Positions 1-7,308 of a stretch of DNA of 64,000 nt are shown here, piece after piece. A program made the position numbers and the translations under genes. The stretch is taken from NCBI GenBank assembly GCA_963669175.1, contig OY769902.1, forward strand, positions 1,271,240 to 1,335,239, written 5' to 3'. Under the pieces are notes generated by a model. That model did no database searches and was not told the DNA's origin. It saw only the letters and a list, made by a program, of their open reading frames with translations. Origin of the DNA: a bacterium (GTDB taxonomy: Bacteria > Electryoneota > Electryoneia > Electryoneales > Electryoneaceae). Position 1 is the stretch's first letter; each line of letters opens with the position of its first letter.

Positions 1-153
1 CAACTGTTCAATCGAGGAACGCCGTTGCAGGATGACGTCATCGGGCGATACCCGCAGGAACCGTACCTTGTCGCCCGGATTCAGTTGCAAGTGATCACGC
101 ACCGCCTTCGGGATGGTGATCTGCCCCTTTTTACTTAACATCGCCCAGTCCAT
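1..153 (-). CDS. AbrB/MazE (SpoVT-AbrB) family antitoxin-like protein, partial (C-terminus lies before window start)
   Basis: Own translation of the minus strand from ATG 153-151 gives MDWAMLSKKGQITIPKAVRDHLQLNPGDKVRFLRVSPDDVILQRRSSIEQL... The G-x-ITIPK..R..L.L..GD pattern is the SpoVT-AbrB signature. AAGGAG lies 5 nt upstream. The ORF is partial, so it is absent from the ORF track. Confidence 0.65.
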   Translation of the reverse strand, partial: MDWAMLSKKGQITIPKAVRDHLQLNPGDKVRFLRVSPDDVILQRRSSIEQL

Positions 154-277
154 AGGATCTCCTTTACTTTATTGGAAATGTAAAGAATAACTATGGAAAG
201 TGCAATATAGTTCGATGAAATGTGAAACCCGACAGCGAGCAGCACGCCACGACGCACAAGTCGGGCCAAACTGTTTT

Positions 278-314
278 ACTCACAGGATGATAGGATAGAA
301 GGATTGCAAGAATG
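278..314 (+). repeat. Family D single arm (phased AGGAT array)
   Basis: CTCACAGGATGATAGGATAGAAGGATTGCAAGAAT. It is nearly identical to the reverse complement of 8533-8566. Confidence 0.8.
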
Positions 315-376
315 AAAGTCATTAATTGCAGAGTATGGACGAGAGGGTAGAGGGAACACTTGGCTAAAATCAGCGA

Positions 377-535
377 CACTCTCATCCCAGCGCAGGCTGG
401 GATCCAGTCAAATTGCGATGCCAAACAGGGGATCACACTCTCGCTGAGCGTGGGATATCAGCATTTAGCAGGGTATTTAACTCTTTTCAATGTCGATACT
501 TGCCTGGATCCCAGCCTGCGCTGGGATGAGAGTGT
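377..535. repeat. Family H hairpin pair (perfect 31-nt inverted copies)
   Basis: 377-407 CACTCTCATCCCAGCGCAGGCTGGGATCCAG is the exact reverse complement of 505-535. Each copy is itself a hairpin (ATCCCAGC-loop-GCTGGGAT). The two copies are separated by 97 nt. Confidence 0.9.
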
Positions 536-621
536 AGTTGGTTCTTGTATTATCCGGAAAATGATGTAGGAAAGGAACAAACCATGCAGAGGTCGTCTTG
601 CCTGGCAGAGCGGCCGACGGA

Positions 622-650
622 GTAGATCCCCGCCGCCGCGGGGATGACAG
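622..650 (+). repeat. Family H hairpin (CRISPR-repeat-like, solitary)
   Basis: GTAGATCCCCGCCGCCGCGGGGATGACAG has a CCCCGC/GCGGGG stem followed by ATGA. Confidence 0.8.
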
Positions 651-762
651 TGGGGGTTAGTTCATCAAATGATTCTGCATGTGCGAAAAGGTCGTTTGGC
701 CCGACTTGTGCGCCGTGGCGTACTGCTTGCTGTCGGGTAACCTCTCAAGCCACGATAACTGC

Positions 763-801
763 GAAAATGGGACAGACCACGAAGGGTCAGTCCCGATTTT
801 C
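763..801. repeat. Expanded dyad box (GAAAA-GGGAC..GTCCC-TTTTC hairpin)
   Basis: GAAAATGGGACAGACCACGAAGGGTCAGTCCCGATTTTC. The paralogue at 44804-44844 also lies beside a family A copy. Confidence 0.75.
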
Positions 802-823
802 GCTCCTCTTCACTTCTCTCGAC

Positions 824-848
824 AAAAAACCCGGCCATCAGGCCGGGT
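824..848 (-). terminator. Duplicated copy of the receiver-gene terminator hairpin
   Basis: On the minus strand, ACCCGGCC-TGAT-GGCCGGGT is followed by TTTTTT. It is part of the 44-46-bp direct repeat 825-868 / 1183-1228 that brackets element A1. Confidence 0.6.
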
Positions 849-869
849 CATAAAATCCAATCTCAAACT

Positions 870-1176
870 GGGCAATGTTGTGGCAGGTCTTGACGCGACA
901 CTCCGTTTTCGGCTTTCGCTATGTTTTCCTGAATTCACGATGATACTGAAACCGCCTCTTGCCGTGTTTTTGTCGCGTTGTGACCTGCCACCGGTATCAG
1001 CATTCTCGCCGTCGTCAGGTTACAACGTGATGCCTGATGACGATCTATCATGCGAAATAGCAGGCGTGAAGCCAGACAGATGTTTGTAATTACAGCGAGA
1101 AACAGGAAAAAGGCATCACGTCAAGACCTGACGAAACATGCTCGTCGATAGTATGCACAAATTCTTGTTAGCAGCC
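870..1176 (+). mobile_element. Family A element, copy A1 (left TIR missing)
   Basis: Aligns along its length with the reverse complement of 8139-8470. It carries box i 878-898, box ii 973-992, box iii 1013-1033, box v 1113-1133 and the right TIR ATGCACAAATTCTTGTTAGCAGCC (1153-1176). Confidence 0.85.
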
Positions 1177-1182
1177 AAAATC

Positions 1183-1206
1183 AAAAACCCGGCCATCTGG
1201 CCGGGT
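1183..1206 (-). terminator. Rho-independent terminator of the receiver gene
   Basis: On the minus strand, ACCCGGCC-AGAT-GGCCGGGT is followed by TTTTT, 30 nt after the stop at 1236. Confidence 0.7.
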
Positions 1207-1235
1207 CATTGCTGTCCAATCTTAAAACACTGCCA

Positions 1236-1745
1236 TCACTTCTTCTTCAGGGCTTCCAGCGCACGTTTCAAATCTTCCGGGTCGGCGTTGTCCAGGCTGT
1301 TTTTCAGCTCTTGGCGGAGTTTGTCGGCATCATTCGGTTCCTGCCCCGGTTCGACGATCCCCAGCAGACGGCAGACAGCCGAGACATACTTGGCGGGGGT
1401 GACCGGTTTCTCGAGGTAGACGCCTGAGCCGGACATGGTCAGCTCGTCAAAATCGACCTTGCCCAGGTCATCACGAGCGTGGCCGGTGACGATCAGGATA
1501 GGGATTTTGGACGTGGCCGGGTCTTTCTTCATGGCACGGTGGAACTGGGCGCCCGAGCCTTTCGGCATCACCAGGTCCAGCGACACCAGGTCCGGGTTGA
1601 TTTCCTTGACCTTTTCCAAGGCCTGCACGCCATCCTCAGCGGTGGACACTTCGAACCCGGCATCTTCCAGCGCCATGCTCAGATAGGCACGGATGTCGGC
1701 TTCATCGTCAACTACCAGGATATGCTTTCCTGTTTTGGTATCCAT
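1236..1745 (-). CDS. Response regulator, stand-alone receiver domain with short C-terminal tail
   Basis: 169-aa ORF with receiver motifs HILVVDDEADIR, DLVSLDLVMPKGSG and ILIVTGH. It lies 19 nt downstream of the kinase gene. Confidence 0.9.
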   Translation of the reverse strand: MDTKTGKHILVVDDEADIRAYLSMALEDAGFEVSTAEDGVQALEKVKEINPDLVSLDLVMPKGSGAQFHRAMKKDPATSKIPILIVTGHARDDLGKVDFDELTMSGSGVYLEKPVTPAKYVSAVCRLLGIVEPGQEPNDADKLRQELKNSLDNADPEDLKRALEALKKK

Positions 1746-1764
1746 ACGTACCCCCGTAGGTATG

Positions 1765-3303
1765 TTAACTCTCTATGTTTTGTTCCTGATACAGTGTTTG
1801 CAGACGTTTGCGCGGGAAACGGATGGTGAAGGTTGAGCCGACATCCGTTTGGGTATTCATCTCGATCCGTCCGCCATGCTCCTGCACAATTTTCCTCGTG
1901 GTCAGCAGGCCCAGCCCGGTGCCCTTGCCGCCCTTGGTGGTGAAGAAGGTGGTGAAAATTTTGTTCTTGACTTCCTGGTCCATCCCGGCGCCGTTATCCT
2001 CGACCTGGAACACCAGCTCGTCATCCCGTTCCAGGGTACGCATGACTACCCGTTTCGGGCCTTCCTCACGCATCATTACCGCATCGATCGCGTTGGACAT
2101 CAGGTTGGTCAAACAGGCTTCTATCCCTTCCGGGTCCAGTGGCGCAGGCTGGAGGGTTTCGTCCAGTTCATGCACCAGCTCCACATCCTGACGAGCCGCG
2201 GTTTCGGCGTATAGTTCGACAATATCACGGACTACCTGGTTCGGGTCGAGCAGTTTCATCTCGGGCAGGCGTCCCTTGGAAAAACTCAGGAAGCCACGCA
2301 CCAGGTCGGTGGTCTTGGTGAAGTTGCGTTGCAGGACATCCCAGCCCTGGTTGATACGGTCCTTGTTATCCCGTTTAATCCCGGAATCGACCATGTACAT
2401 CCCGCCTTCCAGCCCCATCAGCAGGTTCTTGATGGTGTGGGCCAGACCGGCTACGGTTTGACCGACCGCGGCGAGACGTTCGGCGTCGATATTCTGCTTC
2501 TCCAGTTCCTTGACATGGGTAACGTCGGTCATGATCTCGATAACATGCTCAACATTGCCATCGCCACGTGACAGCGGCGAGGTGTGGACTACGTAATAAG
2601 TCGTCTGCCCGTCCTTGGTCACGCCGACCTGCTCGCCCATGTGCTCCTGGCCGTCCTCGAAAGTACGTGCGGCCGGGCAACTGGTGCAGGGTTTGTCACG
2701 ACGCTTGTTCACCTGGTAGCAGTGACGTCCGCGTCCTTCGCCAAACGTGTTACGGAATTTCTCGTTGGTGCGAGTGATCTTGAATTCACGGTCAACCACC
2801 GAGATGTAACAGGGGACACGGTCGAAGAGGACGTCGTACTGGCGTTGCCATTGACGGATTTCCGTGATATCACGGCTCAGCTCCAGCAGAAAATGGGCCT
2901 TGCCGTCATCGTCAAGGATGGGAATGGTATGGACGACGTAATGGCAGGTGCGTCCATTGCGGTCAATCCCGGTTTCATCGGATACAATGGTCTCGCCATG
3001 GGCGAAGACTTTATCCGCCTTGCAGGCGTCGCAATGCTGGTCCTTGCCCTTGTATACTTCATGGCATTTCTTGCCCTGCCAGTCGCCGAAATAGTCACGG
3101 AAGTTTTCGTTGGCGCGGATAATATTGTAATCACGGTCAATCACCGCGAGGTTGAAAGGCAACTGTTCAAACAGGCTGCGGTAGAGAAGCGCGTTGATCT
3201 GCGCATCGGTCGGCTGGTTCATGGCCGGTCCTCGTAATTCGCCGGTGTGGAAATCCTGGATCAGGTTTTTCATGAAAGTATCCAGCCTGTTTGGTTTACA
3301 CAA
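1765..3303 (-). CDS. Sensor histidine kinase with two Cys-bearing PAS-like modules
   Basis: 512-aa ORF. Two PAS-like modules each carry C-x10-C-x2-C (CHEVYKGKDQHCDAC, CYQVNKRRDKPCTSC). H-box LAHTIKNLL; ATPase boxes NLMSNAIDA, DNGAGM, GKGTGLGL. The track start is TTG 3303; ATG 3273 (MKNLIQ) is an alternative. Confidence 0.9.
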   Translation of the reverse strand: MCKPNRLDTFMKNLIQDFHTGELRGPAMNQPTDAQINALLYRSLFEQLPFNLAVIDRDYNIIRANENFRDYFGDWQGKKCHEVYKGKDQHCDACKADKVFAHGETIVSDETGIDRNGRTCHYVVHTIPILDDDGKAHFLLELSRDITEIRQWQRQYDVLFDRVPCYISVVDREFKITRTNEKFRNTFGEGRGRHCYQVNKRRDKPCTSCPAARTFEDGQEHMGEQVGVTKDGQTTYYVVHTSPLSRGDGNVEHVIEIMTDVTHVKELEKQNIDAERLAAVGQTVAGLAHTIKNLLMGLEGGMYMVDSGIKRDNKDRINQGWDVLQRNFTKTTDLVRGFLSFSKGRLPEMKLLDPNQVVRDIVELYAETAARQDVELVHELDETLQPAPLDPEGIEACLTNLMSNAIDAVMMREEGPKRVVMRTLERDDELVFQVEDNGAGMDQEVKNKIFTTFFTTKGGKGTGLGLLTTRKIVQEHGGRIEMNTQTDVGSTFTIRFPRKRLQTLYQEQNIES

Positions 3304-3449
3304 GATGCATCAGCCGTTAACGCTACAGTAAAACACGCTCCTTCACTATACTTTTCTACCGAGTTGTATAGATATTGACAACAGATTTGTATGGTTGTCG
3401 TTCCTTTACGACTGAAGGCTGATTCGCTATCTCATTCAGGATCCTTTAT

Positions 3450-3542
3450 GTGCCACCCCTTCGGGGTTTATAGGGGGTGGTGTCAAGGTTCCCGGGGCTT
3501 ACGCCCCGCGCTATTCATGTTTCGCTCCTTCGGAGCATGTGG
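3450..3542 (+). repeat. Family F hairpin element, copy F1
   Basis: GCCACCCCTTCGGGG..CCCGGGGCTTACGCCCCGCGCTATTCATGTTTCGCTCCTTCGGAGCATGTGG. It is homologous to the reverse complement of 39062-39165, with a compensatory change in the UUCG hairpin. Confidence 0.75.
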
Positions 3543-3644
3543 ATTCATCTTAGTCGATTCATCGGAATCTGTGTATCTACCGTTATCATTATTACCAATA
3601 ATTCTCGGAAGCGGATAAGCCTCTTCAAAGTTATTGGGACTTGC

Positions 3645-3674
3645 CTGGATCCCCGCCTGCGCGAGGATGAAAAC
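3645..3674 (+). repeat. Family H hairpin (degenerate)
   Basis: CTGGATCCCCGCCTGCGCGAGGATGAAAAC; compare 505-535. Confidence 0.7.
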
Positions 3675-3702
3675 CGAAGGATTGATTCTCTTATTTTTAT
3701 TG

Positions 3703-4045
3703 CTGTTCTCGATTTTATTCCGACATAATAAAGATTGCCGGGAAAAGGGGACGGGATCCTTTTCCTCGCGCGCATATGAAACACTCTCGCCGAACTTGTG
3801 GAAAAGGAAACTGTCCCCTTTTCCGTGTACGTCCTGCCTGCTCTCAAGAAAAAGGGTACAGCCACCTTTCCCGGTCCATGCTCACAGCGGGAAGGCTTTG
3901 CCCCAAGGAAAGGAAACTGTCCCCTTTTTCCATATCCTTATCCTTTATTCCAACCATATGGTTGACCTTTCACTGATCTGGCACATGACCACATGACGGA
4001 ATAATAATGGGAATCGCTATATTTAGAATAGACCACCGCCGGGCA
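3703..4045 (+). repeat. Family C element, copy C1
   Basis: Collinear with 40789-41160 and 55521-55727. Dyad boxes at 3741-3765, 3800-3824, 3848-3871 and 3907-3931. Subterminal inverted repeat TTATTCCGACAT (5' side) / ATGACGGAATAA (3' side). Ends in the CCGCCGG hairpin foot. Confidence 0.85.
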
Positions 4046-4046
4046 A

Positions 4047-4184
4047 CCGCCTTCGCAAGCTACGGCGTTTTCAAGCCGGCGGGGCCAAAGAACCGCCTTC
4101 GCAAGCTATGGCGTTTTCAAGCCGGCGGGGCCAAAGAACCGCCTTCGCAAGCTACGGCGTTTTCAAGCCGGCGGGGCCAAAGAA
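4047..4184. repeat. Tandem repeat, 46 bp x 3
   Basis: The unit CCGCCTTCGCAAGCTA(C/T)GGCGTTTTCAAGCCGGCGGGGCCAAAGAA occurs at 4047-4092, 4093-4138 and 4139-4184. It expands the simple hairpin CCGCCGG-ACAAG-CCGGCGG seen at the same position of copy C2 (41140-41158). Confidence 0.95.
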
Positions 4185-4194
4185 AGAACGCGTT

Positions 4195-4596
4195 TCACCC
4201 CAAGAGTTCCTTCACTTTGGCCAAAACCAGGTCACGGTCAATCGGTTTTTCGAAGAAACCATCCGGCTCAACAATCGTACGCCGCGTATGGATGAACTTC
4301 TTGAAATTCGGATCTTCGTATCCGGTAATGATGATGACCGGGATATTTTTGGTCGCATCATCCTCACGTAACTGTTTGTACGCCTTCACCCCGGACTGTT
4401 CCGGCATGGTAATATCCAGCGTGACCAGGTCCGGCAGGTGTTTTTTCGCCTGGGCATATGCTTCCGCCCCGGTGGATGCCTGCACCACGTTGAAGCCGTT
4501 ATCCTTGAAAAACGTTCCCAGGTATGTCAATACATCCGGCTCATCATCGACAACGAGAATTGTTTTCGGTTCACTCATGGGTTTATCCCCCGACAC
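4195..4596 (-). CDS. Response regulator, stand-alone receiver domain
   Basis: 133-aa ORF with motifs TILVVDDEPDV, DLVTLDITMPEQSG and VIIITGY. No output domain. Confidence 0.9.
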   Translation of the reverse strand: MSGDKPMSEPKTILVVDDEPDVLTYLGTFFKDNGFNVVQASTGAEAYAQAKKHLPDLVTLDITMPEQSGVKAYKQLREDDATKNIPVIIITGYEDPNFKKFIHTRRTIVEPDGFFEKPIDRDLVLAKVKELLG

Positions 4597-4697
4597 TGTA
4601 TGTCATGACACCTGCGAAGAAGCCAGCAGGCATCTTGATACTTGTTGATGTTCAGGAAAACATTCGCAGCACAAACTTCCTGTCTGAATTGTACTGG

Positions 4698-6326
4698 TTA
4701 CATCATTTCCCAGTCAAGTATTGGTTCTTCACAATCGACCATGGCGTTGACAATCAGCTCCACCAGTCCGCCGTAATAAATGCCGCTTTTTTCCTTTGCG
4801 CCGAAGTAGTCCAGCATGTCACGGATCGAGCCCTTGCAGTTGGAGCAGGGAGCGCAAACATACTTCGGAGCGTCCGGGTCGTTCAGGTCCGTATCCTGGA
4901 ACGCTTCAAGGATCTGGCGGAATTTGCGACGGCTGCTGATCTGGTTACGCCAGTCATTGAAATTGAACGGCGCCATGATCGCAAAGCCGGAACCGCCACC
5001 GCAGCAGTAGTTACGGACACCGTGCGGGGTCATCTCACGGAACTGCGGGCAGAGATAGCGCAGGATTTCACGTTGCGGCTCCACAATACCCAGGTTGCGA
5101 ACGATATTGCAGGGATCATGCAAGGTGACCGGGAAATCATTCTTGCTCGGGTCAAACTTGATCTTACCACTGAATACGATATCCCGCAGCAGGGTCAGGA
5201 TGCTTTCACGGTTGGGCAGGTCCACCCCGACACGGTCGGCGATGACGCCCATGGTCTTGGTTTCGTGGCCGCATTCGCCCATGACAATTTTCTTGACTCC
5301 AAGCTTCTTGGCAGAGTCGAAATGACGATGCGCTACACGAGCGAGCTGGACATCATCGTAAAACAGGCCATAATTGACACCATCATATGCGACCAGGTCG
5401 CTGCTCATGGTCCAGCTTATCCCGGCCTTGTTGAAAATTACTGCGGTGGAACCGTGGTTCTCCGGCCAGGCCAGGAACTCACCGGCGTTTTCGATCAGCA
5501 GGATATCTGCGCCCTGCACATCCCAGGGGGTGACGACTTCGAAACCGACACGCTCGGTCATGTCTTCATCGATAAACTCGATGTTGTCCTTGACCACGAT
5601 CTGGTTCATGCCGGTTGAGGAACCAACTTCCATTTGCTGAATGGTGCCCTTGTCATGCAGCTCACGTGGCGCCCAACCCAGCTCCTGGCTGAACAGCTTG
5701 CGCAGGTCGTGAGTGATCAGACCGTTGTCCACGCCAATCGGGCAGGCCTGGGCACAACGGCGGCAGAGGGTGCAACGATAGCTCAGCTCGTACAACCGTA
5801 CGATCAGGTTATAGTTCAGCTCGATGTCGCCGTGCTGGAAACGGTTGAACAGGCCCGGCTTGACATACTTGAAATAGAGACGACGCAATACTTCGGCGCG
5901 ATAGGTGGGACGATAGACCTCATTACGGCCGCTCTCGATATAAACCTGGCAGTCATCGACACAGGTCTGGCAACGAGCGCAGTGTTCCATGGACAGGGTC
6001 AACGGTTCCAGGAAGGTCCAGTTGTTTTCCGGGGTGAACAGTTTTTTCAACCCGGCCAAGAATTTGTTGACGATTTCCTGTTCCTGCTCCTTTGTCTCCG
6101 GTTTTTTGATTCCGGCGGCAAGGGTATCATCCAGGGAAGTGTCGAATGTTTCCCTGTGCGAATCTTTTAAAGGCGCAAACGGCGGAATGTTCTCCGGTTT
6201 GTCATAAGGTGGTGGCAGCGGAGGCAGATCTTCGGCGCAAACATGGGTCAACTGCTCGACATCCTTGCTGATATCTTTTACACTTGCCGGTTCAAGGCGT
6301 CCGCAGGTGCAGTTCGGGCATGTCAT
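4698..6326 (-). CDS. HdrD/DsrK-like iron-sulfur oxidoreductase (two [4Fe-4S] motifs plus CCG-type Cys motifs)
   Basis: 542-aa ORF with CARCQTCVDDC and CTLCRRCAQACP ferredoxin motifs. C-terminal HDPCN, CCGGGSG and CAPCSNCKG motifs as in HdrD/DsrK/GlpC-type proteins. Its start lies 2 nt after the stop of the membrane subunit gene. Confidence 0.8.
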   Translation of the reverse strand: MTCPNCTCGRLEPASVKDISKDVEQLTHVCAEDLPPLPPPYDKPENIPPFAPLKDSHRETFDTSLDDTLAAGIKKPETKEQEQEIVNKFLAGLKKLFTPENNWTFLEPLTLSMEHCARCQTCVDDCQVYIESGRNEVYRPTYRAEVLRRLYFKYVKPGLFNRFQHGDIELNYNLIVRLYELSYRCTLCRRCAQACPIGVDNGLITHDLRKLFSQELGWAPRELHDKGTIQQMEVGSSTGMNQIVVKDNIEFIDEDMTERVGFEVVTPWDVQGADILLIENAGEFLAWPENHGSTAVIFNKAGISWTMSSDLVAYDGVNYGLFYDDVQLARVAHRHFDSAKKLGVKKIVMGECGHETKTMGVIADRVGVDLPNRESILTLLRDIVFSGKIKFDPSKNDFPVTLHDPCNIVRNLGIVEPQREILRYLCPQFREMTPHGVRNYCCGGGSGFAIMAPFNFNDWRNQISSRRKFRQILEAFQDTDLNDPDAPKYVCAPCSNCKGSIRDMLDYFGAKEKSGIYYGGLVELIVNAMVDCEEPILDWEMM

Positions 6327-6328
6327 CT

Positions 6329-7270
6329 CTATTTCTCCTTCGCTTCAGCATCTTTTTTCGCAGGCTCACCACCTGTAAATCCTACCAGGTCCACCCAGGT
6401 TTTGGACCCGTCCGCCTGGATATGCGGCGCCGCCCAGGTCGGCTTCTGGGTCAGGTTCTTCGTCAGAGCGTTGCGCATCTTGTCGCCCTGGTTGGGAGCG
6501 TCTTCCCAACGGATGTCATGCCACATGAAATACTTGGTGAAGAAATGGGTCATGTGGGTGAAAGGCAGATACAGCAGGAAGAACAGGACCACGAGAATGT
6601 GAACCATAGCTACTGTGGGGTATCCGGTTTTGTACCCGAATACCAGCACGCTGCCCACACTGGCGGCAAGATGCTCGCTGAACTGCGGGTCAGAAATAAA
6701 CCAGACGATTCCGGTAATGAAGATGCCCATAATCAACAGCAGGTTGAAGTAATGACTGGTGGTGTTGTACATCTTCAGCTTCTTGCTGGTCAAACGCATG
6801 AAGAAGAGCTGTATGGTGCCGAAAGCGCCAAGGATGTACGCCACTACAGCTACCCAGGTAAATACTGTCGTGACAGTGCCAGCCCAGGGGGCGGTCATAT
6901 CCACGCCCACCAGATCAAGGACAGTAGCTCCGGCCGACGCGATCATCACCACGATCAGCATATACAGCCCGAAGTGCATACCCCAGGAGGGGAACCACAT
7001 CTTGCGGTTATGTTCCCAGATGCCTTTCAATAACAAGATTTCCTGCATCAGGAAAGCGAAATCCGCCATATGATTCGGATGATGGGGCTTGGTCCACCAG
7101 TCCACGTCTTCCAGACGTGAGCCACCATGCTTCGCGCGAGCGCCTTCATGCGGCACCGGGTACAATTCCCAGCGAAGATGCATCGGGGTTTGAATGATGC
7201 GGACCGCCCGCGCCACTATGGCGATCACAAACACCGTCACCACGACATACGTCAACACATTCCACAGCAT
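6329..7270 (-). CDS. NarI/DsrM-like integral membrane b-type cytochrome subunit
   Basis: 313-aa ORF with multiple TM helices carrying His. The N-terminus MLWNVLTYVVVTVFVIAIVARAVRIIQTPMHLRWELYP resembles the nitrate-reductase-gamma/DsrM family. It is tightly coupled to the Fe-S subunit gene. Confidence 0.7.
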   Translation of the reverse strand: MLWNVLTYVVVTVFVIAIVARAVRIIQTPMHLRWELYPVPHEGARAKHGGSRLEDVDWWTKPHHPNHMADFAFLMQEILLLKGIWEHNRKMWFPSWGMHFGLYMLIVVMIASAGATVLDLVGVDMTAPWAGTVTTVFTWVAVVAYILGAFGTIQLFFMRLTSKKLKMYNTTSHYFNLLLIMGIFITGIVWFISDPQFSEHLAASVGSVLVFGYKTGYPTVAMVHILVVLFFLLYLPFTHMTHFFTKYFMWHDIRWEDAPNQGDKMRNALTKNLTQKPTWAAPHIQADGSKTWVDLVGFTGGEPAKKDAEAKEK

Positions 7271-7308
7271 CTGCTGTCCCCCGTGTCTAAGGTTGGAATA
7301 AGGTTGTT

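Larger units (their letters stand above)
228..737. repeat. Nested palindromic composite (outer 44-nt inverted arms enclosing other repeat modules)
   Basis: 228-271 CCCGACAGCGAGCAGCACGCCACGACGCACAAGTCGGGCCAAAC is the reverse complement of 694-737 at 41 of 44 positions. The interior holds a GGAT arm (278-314) and the H hairpins at 377-407, 505-535 and 622-650. Confidence 0.85.

Noticed and set aside
3391-3996. Multiple 60-120-aa ORFs on both strands inside the repeat mosaics (also 22198-22711, 34338-34736 and 40751-41050).
   Set aside because: They overlap each other inside the family B/C/F repeats, have no SD, and their peptides change frame between element copies. I judge them non-coding.
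4007-4648. 213-aa ORF with the reiterated peptide AFASYGVFKPAGPK.
   Set aside because: The reiteration comes from the 46-bp tandem repeat, which is read in three different frames because 46 is not divisible by 3. The rest of the ORF is antisense to a well-supported receiver gene.
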